A stretch of DNA of 63,968 nucleotides, counting the filler, from Choristocarpus tenellus KU-1152 (taxonomy: Eukaryota > Protista > Phaeophyceae): NCBI GenBank assembly GCA_964200185.2. It is 13 parts of 13 records of this genome, joined end to end, with 100 filler letters (N's around TTAATTAATTAA, not from the genome) between each part and the next. Parts side by side here need not be neighbours in the genome. Positions count along the whole stretch, not along the records: positions 21,217 to 25,651 come from CAXNAD020014568.1; positions 25,752 to 31,675 come from CAXNAD020009402.1; positions 31,776 to 47,450 come from CAXNAD020000949.1; 10 more parts are not named here. One strand, written 5' to 3'. Position numbers and translations under genes: made by a program. Of the stretch, positions 23,679-35,917 are shown piece by piece (positions within the stretch are counted from its first letter, which is position 1; each line of letters begins with the position of its first letter). The notes beneath the pieces are model-generated. The model worked only from the letters and a program-made list of their open reading frames with translations. It was not told where the DNA came from and did no database searches.

Positions 23679-25181
23679 ATGTTGTTTCATCCCCGCATTA
23701 GATTTACATCCCTCCCTTTCCCAACCTCCAACTGCCCAGTGCATTTCCGCGACGACGCGGAGACCCTGATGGTCTCTAGAAAAGGGATGGAGACGGATGC
23801 GTTAAGAGTAGTGATGTTCTGCGGCTGGCTTGGAGTGGGAGATCTCGGAATCCTGCAGCAGATATCTCTACGGTTGTGCAGGGAATGCCGCAACAACATG
23901 CTCTCTCACTTAGTAGTAACAGAGTTAACTCCGTGGTCATTGTGGAAAAATGATGCTTCAGATGGGGGAAAGTGCAGAGTCACTTCGCGAGTACCTTTTC
24001 CGAAAGTGGTCAGGATGACGTGGGAACTATCATTAGCCCTCATGACCAGGTGTGCATGGCCAACAGAGTTGAAGAATTTGACCTTTGGTGCATCGTTCAA
24101 CGAAAGTATCCCTCGGCTTAGTGCTGGTGAATCTGAGCCACGGCTGAACATCACCGACCTTGAAGGTGCTGTGCCTGCCCGTGTTGGATGGCCAGAGGAG
24201 ATCGAAGAGATCGAGTTTGGCTTTTCTTTCAATCGAAGGGTTGATGGTGTGGAATGGCCTCAAGGGTTGAAAGTATTGACATTCGGTTGGGAGTTTAACC
24301 AGGCGTTGACGGGCATTTTGTTGCCAAGAGGACTCAAGCAGCTGACGGTAGGGACGTGCTTCAATAAACCATTGGAGGGGGTGGCGTGGCCAAATGGACT
24401 CGAAGTTCTCCGTTTCGGTCAGTACTTCAATCAACCAATCCAAGATGTGAAGTGGCCGAGGGGGCTCAAGGTGCTTATCTTTGGAGATCACTTCAATCAG
24501 ATGTTGGATGGGATTGTGTGGCCAAAGGGTCTGAGACAGCTCGAGTTTGGACGCTTTTTCAATCAATCCATTGAAGGTGTGCGATGGGCAGAGGGTCTGA
24601 CTCACCTCACGTTTGGATCTAATTTCGACCAGCCCGTGGAACAGTGTACCTGGCTGAATGGACTAACAGAACTGATCTTTGGGGCGTCTTTCAACCATCC
24701 TATAGACAAGGTGGTGTGGCCAGATAGCCTCGAATGTCTGATGTTTCAGGATTCTTTTAACCAGCCCATCGGCAAGGCTTCTTTCCCCTCTGGGCTGAAG
24801 CTCTTGGAATTCGGCTGGTGTTTCAATCAACCGCTTCAGGGGGTTGTGTGGCCAGAAGGACTCGAGAAAGTCACCTTTGGGTATGATTTCAATCAGTCAC
24901 TGGAGGGGGTGGCTCTACCGGGAGGGCTACAGTCCTTGAATTTTGAAGGCATGTTCAACCAGCCCATCAATGGGGTAGCCTGGCCCACCAAACTTAAACA
25001 GCTGGCATTCGGAATTGCCTTCAATCAACCGGTTGCCGGAGTGAAGTGGCCGACAGAACTGGAACGACTGGATTTGGGGGGTGTGGGGTTTAATCAACCC
25101 CTGGATGGTGTGGTGTGGCCAGAAGGGCTGGTGGAGCTCACTGTTCGCCGAGTTTCTCAAGCTCTTCCTCCCAAGAAGTGA
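23679..25181 (+). CDS. Intronless FNIP-repeat (LRR-like) protein with ~15 22-aa repeats and a possible N-terminal F-box-like segment; true start may be the ATG at ~23769 or ~23788
   Basis: 500-aa ORF with repeated FNQP(I/L)xGVxWPxGLxxLxFG. Confidence 0.9.
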   Translation: MLFHPRIRFTSLPFPTSNCPVHFRDDAETLMVSRKGMETDALRVVMFCGWLGVGDLGILQQISLRLCRECRNNMLSHLVVTELTPWSLWKNDASDGGKCRVTSRVPFPKVVRMTWELSLALMTRCAWPTELKNLTFGASFNESIPRLSAGESEPRLNITDLEGAVPARVGWPEEIEEIEFGFSFNRRVDGVEWPQGLKVLTFGWEFNQALTGILLPRGLKQLTVGTCFNKPLEGVAWPNGLEVLRFGQYFNQPIQDVKWPRGLKVLIFGDHFNQMLDGIVWPKGLRQLEFGRFFNQSIEGVRWAEGLTHLTFGSNFDQPVEQCTWLNGLTELIFGASFNHPIDKVVWPDSLECLMFQDSFNQPIGKASFPSGLKLLEFGWCFNQPLQGVVWPEGLEKVTFGYDFNQSLEGVALPGGLQSLNFEGMFNQPINGVAWPTKLKQLAFGIAFNQPVAGVKWPTELERLDLGGVGFNQPLDGVVWPEGLVELTVRRVSQALPPKK

Positions 25182-26246
25182 TTTTTTTTTTAATGATTTA
25201 CGTTGATTAAATTGGTTTATTTTGTGGCATTGTTACCTTGTTAAGTTTTGTGCGTGGGCAGAATATGTAGCAGTATTTCTGCAATAGATTTACCGATGAG
25301 AGTGGCTACCACATGTAATGGATAGTTGTCAACTGATCGATCGTAGGGGCTGGATTTTTTTGTGTTCTTTGATCTGAGGCACCGGAGGAATGCAGTGCTG
25401 TGTACACCATTCTAATAATAATGAAGTTCTGAGCTCAGACATACAAGGTGTAGTCGCAGTAGGGTTGTATACATGTTTTCGGAATGTGGAGCTCGTCTCT
25501 CACTATGAATACGATAATAGCAAAAAAAGTATTTGTACAGACTTACGAGTTTTCAGTTTGTGACATTGATGAGGGCAGGGGAGGGAGGGAGGGCGGGGAG
25601 GTGTTGTCAAAGTAAACCTTCTTGGAAATATTCCGTTCCCTTTTTTTCACANNNNNNNNNNNNNNNNNNNNNNNNNNNNNNNNNNNNNNNNNNNNTTAAT
25701 TAATTAANNNNNNNNNNNNNNNNNNNNNNNNNNNNNNNNNNNNNNNNNNNNCCAATATTTCACCCCCCGGGGGCAACCCTCCCCTTTGCGGTGTAAAGGA
25801 ACCCCCCCCCCCCCCCCCCCATCAGCACTCACAAAAACGCCTTTCTTGCAACAATACTTCCCAGAAAACATACACAGCTTTCACTCTTCAGGGCCCAACC
25901 GCTTCACAGACCATCTGCCAGCGACACAGTACTTTTTCACACCCTCCCACCAAAATGTACCAAAACCCTTAGAGCTGCCCCGTCCAGCTCCATGTTGATC
26001 ACCTCACCACATGTGCTCCAGTAAAAATCGTTGTGGGTATACCAGTACAAAGGGAAATTTCCTTTCACAGACGTTTTAGTCACCAGCCGACCCTATTCAA
26101 TGCAAGGCTGTAGTATAGGAAGCCCTGACTCCAGGGACTGAGCTAGGCGTGACCTCAAGACTTGCCCTAAATATTGCCCTCAGGCCTCAAAACCCTCGTT
26201 CAAATTCCAGGGTGCATCTCTTTATGAAGTATGTCTATACTATGAG

Positions 26247-26411
26247 AACACACACGTACACACACATACACACACATAAACACAAACATACACGCACATA
26301 CACATACATAAACACACACATACAAACACATATACATACACACACATAAACACAAACACATACAAACACATGCACACACATACACACACATACATACACA
26401 TAAACACACAC
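26247..26411. repeat. CA-rich imperfect microsatellite (intronic)
   Basis: Seen directly. Confidence 0.9.
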
Positions 26412-28145
26412 CGGATGATGGCACGGTCCCCGGGCTTGAGTCCTGACAGGCCCGTGTCCCAGCCGCTTATCATGGTTCCATCCTCTAATGTGGTCATGTA
26501 CCTCTCCCCTGCAGAAAATATCTGTACATTCAAAGCACACCAGAACAACACCAACGGAACATGGAGAGCTAAGTGCAAGAGCAAAAAAAATTGTTGAGAT
26601 TGTCATTAGGGTTAGGGTTAGGGTTAGGGTTAGGGTTAGGGTCATGAAGGTTACTTTGAAGCGTCAATGGTAATAACGCTCATCGAATGACATGAGAGCG
26701 AGATACACCAAGCCCCTCTAACCACAAATAGCAAATGTCCAGATTCACAAACTGGAAATAAAGCAGCAGCCTGTACTCGAACAACTCGTATCTAGTGGAA
26801 CCAACGCTCTTTGCTAGGGTTTGGGTTTCAGACGTAATCTTAAGTTGCCCTATTATCCACGTATGTAGCACCCCCCCTGACACAGGCTCTTGTTCACACA
26901 TTGTACTTACAGCCTGCTCTATTGAAGGAGTACCTCCACAAGTGCTCAAAATGTAAATATCAATCGCAATAGTTTGTAGGAATGGAATGGGATTCAATAG
27001 AGGTAATTGTAACTTCCATCAGAAACCTCCAAGAAAACGTGCACAGAAATAAACACAATCACGCATGCGGTGAGAGAGACATCAGCTACTCTTCCAGCTA
27101 CCCAGCCAGGCAGCCTCAGCAAAATTTTCGGGGGTCTCTTCCAATCGTGCGTAAAGAAAGTAAGTACAACGAGCTGCGACTGTAGGGTGATATCAGGACG
27201 GCGATAACTCCTGTCTCAAAAAAGAAGCTGGGGTATCAGCACCTAGTAGAGCAAATATGGAATGGCATGCGACCCTCCAAATGATAATGCCATGCATCAT
27301 GCTGACACATCAACTGCTCATGTCCGAGGCACTGCACTATAAAATTCGGTTAGAGGTGCATAGGCAACCAAAACATGGTCAGGATTACATAAGTGTGACT
27401 CGGTTATCACTATTCCATGCATTATTTCTCAGTATCGTATATCACTGTCCACCAGGGGAATAATGTGTATGAATTAGAGCATAGCGGAGGGGGAAATCAT
27501 TCCATGTAGGGGAAGAGACTCCCTCCCCGACCGTCTTCACCAGGCTCGACTTCTCCGAGTTGATCTCACCTCTCCGGTTTCCACCACTTTCCCCGTATAC
27601 TTTACTGATGCAATGTCGCCAGCTACCATCCCCTTTCCCTGTCCCTCTTTCAACATCTCACGAGTCACGCCGCCGTCCCCCGTGAGATCGACAACTGCCC
27701 CCATACTGCTCAGCCCATTGCGATAAAGAGGGGAAGGGACGTGTGTTCAGGCTAGGCCACAGTGCCCAAGAGTGGGATGGTGTTTCACTCAGATGAGTCA
27801 GATCATACAGCGCGGATTCTTCTTACTATACTATGAGTGACCTCCCCCATGGTTCCACTGGATCATAACAGCTGAGAAGCATCTCAAAACCGTGTAATAA
27901 CTCATTGATAATCCCAACCAAGATGATTTAGGCAACCTCGATTGAAACTCATTCAAAACGGGGCATCTATACAGGAGAAAATAGCTCACACGAGATGATA
28001 CAATCAACCTTAGCCCAAAATTTCGACTTTGTCGAGCGAATAACGCCCCTTGCTGAACTGGAAGGGTGCGCAGGGCGACGCCAAAGCCATCGCACCCCTG
28101 CGACACCAAAACCAGCGCAGTGACTCCTAGGCATACACGATCCAT
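26412..28145 (-). CDS. FKBP-type peptidyl-prolyl isomerase, probably plastid-targeted, 5' part; exons 28145-28009, 27751-27570, 26521-26412
   Basis: Exons join in phase: MDRVCLGVTALVLVSQGCDG-F (signal peptide + F), DLTGDGGVTREMLKEGQG..GDIASVKYTG, GTMISGWDTGLSGLKPGDRAIIR. Confidence 0.85.
26606..26641 (+). repeat. Interstitial telomeric repeat (TTAGGG)6 in an FKBP intron
   Basis: Six perfect units. Confidence 0.95.
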
Positions 28146-28409
28146 TGTGAACCCGATGACAGTGAATACCCAGTCAGTCTGGATTAATGCACTTTCCTAA
28201 AGATGACGATGCGGTTACCACCGATCACTTCAAGTGTGTCTTTAACCCCTAACAATACATAAAAAAGATCATGATCATATTATCTCTACCGACTACCGAC
28301 GCCTCTCCTCGTTTCATAACGCCCATCAGACTTAACTTCAATTTCATCTGGAACAGACAAACAGTAGTTGTTGTTGTTGGGGACGGTGTCCAGCTGGAGT
28401 TTGAAGGAG

Positions 28410-29093
28410 ATGAAGAGGCTCATGATATGTTTCTTTTTGTTGGGCTCCATGTTGATGGTTGTTCGCGCCTTGATGCCCACAGTGAATGTTCGTACCATGA
28501 ACATGTTGCCTATCTTCTCCCATGAAAGGGAGCACAGCGGTAGGCATTCAATAGCGTTACAAGTACACGGAATTATTTCCTGTTCTCAATACGAGGATGA
28601 GCGCGATGAGCTCCCCTTTGACGTTTACGTGACGCCCCCACGACGAAAGGTCGGGAGAGTAAAGCTGCCACCATTGACAGGCTGTGGTGACACCATCTCC
28701 GTCCAAGGCAATGTCCACAAAATTGTTAAAGTCAGCAATCACTACAAGTGAGAACCCGCGAAAAGTGTTTAATTAGTACTATTGTGAAGATCTGCATCAT
28801 AGCATCGGTACTGCTTGCCAGTTCCTACTTTGACATTACTTCTATTTGCCCCTCTAGGATCCCAGACTGTGGTTCGATTGACAGCGATAGGCTGTGATTC
28901 CATCCGTACTACTCCACTTACTTCTCGGCACTTCAAATGTCTAACGATACGATGCTCGCCGTTAAACAGGTGGCAGGCGGGTCGTTTCGTAGTGAAGAGG
29001 AAGACGGTTGATACAAAATCAGTCTCTCGCTTGGAAAAGGAGGACATGCTGAGACGACTGGTTTACGGTTCAGATGAGGCTGGTGGTGTATGA
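28410..29093 (+). CDS. Two-exon conserved hypothetical protein with signal/transit-like N-terminus (exons 28410-28747, 28970-29093); resembles small plant/cyanobacterial plastid-type proteins
   Basis: Splice in phase (TAC AA|gt…ag|G TGG); core VTPPRRKVGRVKLPPLTGCGDTI…VSNHYKWQAGRF. Confidence 0.7.
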
Positions 29094-31619
29094 CCTTTCC
29101 CAGCCTGATTTCGCCATATCATCTTTCTCTGAGGATCGCTCTACGAAGCAATTTCCCCGTATGTTATGGACGGGTACCTTGCCCCAGGAATATCGTCAGA
29201 CATAATTTTACCTCTATTGACAAAAGTCGGTGTTAGATCTCCAGTAGCCTTGGAGCACTCTTTGCAATGGGCATAATGGCATTGCTTCAAGTGCCCAAAC
29301 GTCTTAAGTTCTGCTACACCTCAATAGATCACCCCTTCTCTCCTGTAAGGATGGGGTAAGCACTTAGTGTGTAGGTTGACGACAAGGCCTAAGTGAGACA
29401 TTGCTAGAGTATGTTGGGAAGGGGTAGGTATATTTCAGGTACAACGCTGCTCGATATATGCTGTGTTTAGAAAGTACAAAGTACTCTCTGTCCACCCTAG
29501 AATCTCAAGGGAATTCTTTTGAAGGAAGAAAAACAAGTCCAGCTTTTGATGTTATATGTGTAGAGAATGGGTAGTTCAGTAGAGGGTAGTAATGCATGCT
29601 GGATGATGTGTTCATGATAGTGGATATGGGAAAAGCGTAAGAGATGTTGCAGTAGCAGAAGCTTTGACTTGCTTCTTTGTGTACTTCGTATGAAACTCGT
29701 GTGTGTATCACACATTCATATATATAGATATGTATGTAACTTTGTCTATCATGCAAAGATTTCTGATAGTAATAGGACTAATATTTTTTGTAAAAAGTGG
29801 CGCGTTTATACCAACGAACTCGCGTTTACTTGGATCCGACCAATGGGGTGCACTAAACCCTTCAACACCCCCTTCCACTCTCATTATTACCATTGCTGAT
29901 CTTGATATCGCTCACCAGCATACCTACAGTTAGGTGTATTTTATAGCATAAGAGTTAGTCAAGAGCTTACACAGTTATTCCTATGATGGTACTGACAGAT
30001 AGTGCAGGCAAAGATCGCACTTATCACGAATAGGCCATTGAATTAACCAGTTGTGTAGATCTAGAGAAGGAGTACGTAGCTTTATGCATAGATCCCAGAT
30101 CACCTCTGAGCATGTATATGTGCGTGTGTAAGAAATTGTTGCTTCTTGCTTGTTGCTGTCTGTCCAATACTATGACCCATTTCCTTCAGCAGACTTAAAG
30201 GGTTTCGGCATTGTGACAATCGGGTTTGTACCTCTGTAAGACCTGTGACTGGTAACACTCTGGTATTTGACGCACATAGCGTGCACAAAACAATACCAAT
30301 AATCCAGAAGGGTGGCCACCAAACCTGTGCACCACGTCTGGTCCATTTCAAAGAATCAATCTTGGAGTCTACTTCTAGTACGAAGTTGGTTGTTGAGTAA
30401 ATGAACTTTAGCTCATGCTATATTTCAGTTAAGATATTGTTGTTGCAATGTTTTTCATTAAGACTGCATTACCTAAATCACTTCACACGGATATTATTTA
30501 TCCCCCAACACTCTTTGAACCTTGCTCGAAGTAATAGTGGGTAGATGCTAGTAGATCGAACCCCTTTTCTACTTCAAAATAGCTGTTAGCTAAGAGTGTA
30601 TAGGCTTCAAAATCTCTGCAGCAAGGCTAGCCTGTTCAGCTTCTCGGCACTTGCTACTCTCATTGACTCGATCAAGGCGCATGGATGTTTGGCGGGGGGA
30701 GGTAGGAGACCCTCTATTGAGAGATATGTTGTTCTTCTATTGCCCTTCAAAGTATACTCCGAATAGTCGTTACTCAGTGACTGCCTATATTTTCGCTGTT
30801 TTAATTACTATACACTTATCTCTTAACTCTGTATCTTGTCCAAGTTACACCATATTGCTTGCCCCTGCACCCTCTAGCCCCTTCAATTGTGTGTTCCCTT
30901 GGATTCTTCTCCCCTCTGGACACTTGTTAGGGGGTGCGGAAGACAGAAAGGGCATATATATATATATATACTAAGGTGGTACCAGTAGCTTCGCCCTCTG
31001 TGGCAATCGTAGTTTGTTTCACCGGAACGCCACAACAGTTACACAACAATGTATATATCAAATGAAAGGGTGTGACAAGACCTTTTGAAGGTTTGTATCC
31101 ACGAATGTCCCGGTTTCGGGGAAAGGGTGTTATGTCGATCAAAGAATGGAAAAAAACGAGAGGAAATATCTCAGGCGCAATTTTTGAAGGTCACAACTTC
31201 AAAACGGACGAAAATGAAGCGGTCGGCTGAACTCCTTGCGAAAGACTGGTCTGTGGTACATCACTGCCCAAGTTTGGCTGGTGTGGCGATACCAGAAAAA
31301 AAAAACTCAATATTTCCGGACATGTTTTTAACGCCTTTTGCAGACTTTCTGTCAGAACACAAACGTGTGACTTACGCAGCAACATAAACCATGACGGTGA
31401 GACAAGGAGAGCCGCCGAGGCCACTCTGCCCCCTGGATCTACCCTTTGGCACCTTCTCTGTCGAGAGGTGGCGGAAATGCAAGTACCATGTGACAAGAAA
31501 GTGTGTGTATTATGGCGCAGCAGCATGATTGAATCGCGAAATGGACCATGGGGCCGCGACGCTGATGCTGAGAGAAGATATATTGAAAGCATTACCACAC
31601 AAACGTGGCTGGATCTTCA

Positions 31620-31675
31620 GGCTCAAAGTATCTGGGAGGGGGTGGCGGCTGTCCATTTGGGGTCAATTTTTTCAT
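31620..31675. mobile_element. MITE family B, partial at contig edge (other edge partials at 3693, 21217, 31776, 54271, ~57370)
   Basis: GGCTCAAAGTATCTGGGAGGGGGTGGCGGCTGTCCATTTGGGG. Confidence 0.85.
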
Positions 31676-34600
31676 NNNNNNNNNNNNNNNNNNNNNNNNN
31701 NNNNNNNNNNNNNNNNNNNTTAATTAATTAANNNNNNNNNNNNNNNNNNNNNNNNNNNNNNNNNNNNNNNNNNNNCCCCGAGATGCTTTGGGTCTGTGGT
31801 GGTTACTTGTGTTAATCTTATCTGTTACTCTGTTCCTCTATCCGTGACGTTGGAAGGCGTCAGTCACCCTTGCCTTACTTTATTGGGGTGCACATGACTC
31901 ATGGTTAATAGGTTTGCTGCATGTGGACTGGAGGAGCACAACCCCCCCTTACAATGTATATAGAAGGGTAGAAACAGTATGATATAGCATGTTACACCAA
32001 AACATTTTATCTTGTGGACAAACTGTTCACTGTTACTTTGTAGGGCATGCAACCTGCCCAATCAGTCAAGTTTGAAGAAAAGAAGCTGGGGAAAGCTCTT
32101 TGACTTCTTCCCATAACAGTAGCCTATGTACCCAGTTACGAAGCAACTTGAGTTTTCTTGATGTAAAAACTTTATTTCTGTAACGTTTGCAAAGTGTCAC
32201 TTGGGTTGAGTCAGCCATGATAAACTGCTGTGTCATTGTGAGAGATGTCATCTGTGTGCATCCCATCTCTTTTTCCAACTACTGATCAATGTGCTACCCA
32301 GGTAATAGTTACATGTAATGCTGTCTCGATTTGTGTTTGCTTTAATAGTCAAAGATTTACACTGTAAGTATTCAAGAATGTCCAGGGAAACAGTTGCTAG
32401 AGAGCTGTTGATAGTATCAACAGCGGAGTATTGTTCAGAGAACACAAACAGTTCCTGGCCTGTCAGGGGCTTTGTTCAGTAGATGGTTAGCACAAGTCAA
32501 CCTCTCTTTGCTTCATAGTTGCTCAGTTGATGTGTTCCATGCAAGTAAATGATTTCATGTCCAAAATGTAATGTACAGACAGTGAGTCAAGATATGTATT
32601 ATCACAGTCTGCATAGGCAACAATCTCTACAATACTGTGGTAGATGAACAGATTGGTACGGCAACAGCTCAATAATAGATGGATATGTGTGGTGTATGAG
32701 AGGCTTAGGTGCAAGGCTGTGACCACCTGTTCTCAGAGAGTGAACTTACTGTAGCGCTGTTGAATCGAGCTGAGGTGCACTTGCCAGTTCTAAAACTGTT
32801 TCTTCATACATTGTATTCTTGGAGATAGCGATTTATCTCGACCAATGATATGTACTGATTGCGTTTTTTACGTCCAAGGACCTGATGGTGTACACAACCT
32901 GCTGCAATCATTCTTTGCAGCGGTTTTGGAGCAGTACTTTGTGTGTTCCCATCCAGACTAACTAGGGACATCCCATCCCATATTACTGAATGCAGTCCTA
33001 TCCGCCTTACATCAGGGTAGGGACAGATTAATGTTTCAGAATTGTATGATTTATGGTAGTACTTCTTCATGCGACAAACATACAATTGATGAACAGTATC
33101 ATTCAATTGAGTGAGTGAAGTGAGGTACATATTTTTTAGGAGTGCTGACTTCAATATCCTCTGCAGAGTGTCATCATAGGGTAGAGGAGAGGGTGTCTTA
33201 GAGTGTTCGGGGCTTTGCACTTCTGTGCACTAAGGTTTACGTTCTCACTAACCTTCATGTTCTCTTCTACAGCCAAAACCCCCTGACAGGATTTGTTTGC
33301 AGTTCAGGCATGAGAATGTGTTGTCAGCCAGAAATTTTGGAAAGCCCTAAATACGATGTACTCAAAGGGGCCTAAAGTGATGATCCCCTTAAAATATAGG
33401 ATTACTAAAAATCAATGCGGGAGTCAGTGGGAGGGTATGTCACGATGGGTGATTTTAATTGCTGGCAGTGTACAGTGTACAGTGCGCTATCCTCACCAAA
33501 ACCGAACAATAATGTACCATTAATATTTTCATGCACTGTCATACCATACTGTCAACCGCTGAACCATGATGATGCCAACCAAGTGTGCCTTGCAGAAGAA
33601 GCAAGTGGAAAGTTAGAAGTCTTCATATCTAACTGTACACACACTGTGTGCATGTACAGTAAACTGTTGTTGTTGCTTGTGTGCTTGTTGCTGGGCGGTG
33701 GGGTGTTATCGTTGAGGAAATAGGTGATGGTTGTATGGATGACGGGCAGATGTACCATTATAATGATATTTCTGCTTTGCTCTGAGAAAAGTCAGCCTCC
33801 CACTTAGATGGGAATTGCAATTTGATTTTACTTTAGAGTGCTCTGTGAAGAGCCCCCCTCAGAAAAAAAAGGTGAGTTTTTCGGTTGGGAAGGTAGTTCC
33901 AAAAAAGTAGTAACATAACTAATCTGTACCTTGTAGTTTACACTATTATTCTTGAGTCGAAGTAAACGAGTGGTTCCCAGGTTATGGATGTTTTGTATTT
34001 TAACCTACCTTTGTCATCTTCTTCAACTCAACCATATTTCTATCGATGAAGTGCTAAGTTTGACTTGAGAGCATTGATTTCTCCATTGTTTGCAAATTTT
34101 CTACAGAACTCAGAAAATTCCCTACACGAATTTGTTCAAAAAGACAAACTTCGGACATTTTTGTCAGCACCCTTTATTTTCAACCCTGTTCTTGTCACTA
34201 CTGATCAGTAACTCTACTAGTAAAAAATCCAGTTTGTTGAACAATGCAAGTTCCTTTGACGATACATAGGTAGTAATATTCCTTGAGTTCAATGTGATAG
34301 AGCTACATGCTACATAATACATAAAGCTGCTACAATAGCAAACGAGAATACATTCAGTAGTGTACAGCATTAATAATAGTTAGGTGTAGACTTCTGGACG
34401 TTTTATGGTTCTTCTGTTCTTTAAAAAAACATCATCATACGAAAGTAGTTGTAGATATTGTACGTTTCAGAAACCATCTATGATATACTACGAACATTTC
34501 AAGTATACAGTAGACCTCTGATACAATGTGTGTTAATTGAGTTTATTGGGTGGACACCTGATTTCTAGGCAGTACCAATTACTACTTTTCCGTAACTGCT

Positions 34601-34944
34601 CCTTTAAGCAACACTCCAGTGTTTCCAACAACTTGGAATTCCCAACCCCTCCCACTAAAGCACAGTAGTAGTGTAAGATGGAGGACTGGTATGACTTTAG
34701 GCTTTACCAATCATCGTATAGCTAATCCGACTTACACCGTCAACATATTTTTTTGTATAGTGATAATTTATTATTATGCCCTCTGACATTTTGCCGATGT
34801 ATCAGGGGAAAAACTAATGAAAACTATTCACATGTCAGAAAAATCCCTGAGAAGTAACAAATGTCGCAATATATTTGCTATTTTACTTCCTTGCTTTGTA
34901 CCACTGCCTTGTAGTGCTTTGTACCACTACCTTGTGTCTACAAC

Positions 34945-35790
34945 CTAACCAAAATCTGCTTAACAGCTTCCCAATGCCTTTGCCCTGGGCTAAGCTAAAT
35001 CTGGCCACAGTTTTTTTCCGTATTAGCAATATCAGGCCTGGTCATGGTCACTAACCAGATTAATGACCCCACTGCTTCCCTGTATGGAGTAGATGAACCC
35101 AGCTCCACACACGAATCCTTCTCAGACAGATATCTGATTATAGATCCAGGCACATTGTACTCTTTGGTTCCCTCGAAGCGTTCCACCAGCCCTTCCACAT
35201 ACACTTGATGATAGATCTCCAGCGTCCTCATCTTACGATCCCATGTAATACGGCATCCCATATACAGCTTTACATCCTCCAAATCCTTCACAGGGAATTC
35301 CTTGTTCAGAGCTTCCACCACCGCCCTACCCTTCTCCTGCGAGCGACTAGCCATCAACAGATCGTCCACATGTGTGGCTATCAGCACTTTCATCAGAGTG
35401 AAAGTGTCAGAGGGTACGAGTTTTGCCCTGTTTGTCCATTTGGGGCTTGGCTTCCCTCGGCGTTTTTATGACATTTTCCTACTCCAAAATTCTACTATTT
35501 CGGAGTAGGTAAAATGCATACGTTATGAAAAGGTGTGTCCAAAACAAGGATATTGACACTTCCGAACAAACATGATAGCCAAAATTACATCAATATCGCA
35601 ACATTGGATTTTGGGCCCCAAATGGACGCGGCTCTACCCTCTAAGATACTTTGACTCTCACTCCGTTTTCCTCGAGAGGTAGTAAACAGGGGTCAGCCTC
35701 GCATTGCTCGAAACCTGGCCAACTAGTTTGAGATATCAACACCAACCAACTACACTTTTTATAAAGCCTTCGTTGAAATTCAAAATTTAT
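34945..35790 (-). mobile_element. Ty1/Copia reverse-transcriptase relic interrupted by a MITE
   Basis: GFEQCEADPCL; HVDDLL; EFPVKDL; PYREAVGSLIWLVTMTRPDIA; HWEAVKQIL. Confidence 0.9.
35396..35657. mobile_element. MITE family A, full copy, TCA target-site duplication
   Basis: Removing the element plus one TCA restores the Copia RT frame (ENGVMKVLIATHVDD). Confidence 0.9.
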
Positions 35791-35917
35791 TGTCCCTTTG
35801 TCTTGTTACCTTTCGTCATCTGCTTCTAAACCGTTTCATCAAAAAATCAAACTTGCCGTCCATTAGATTATTGTCTAGTGGTAGTTTATGGTGTGAGAGC
35901 AAATCCTTTGTCGTTAG

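Noticed and set aside
32500-32800. VAYAD as a LINE reverse-transcriptase motif
   Set aside because: A single short motif among many stops; too weak to call.
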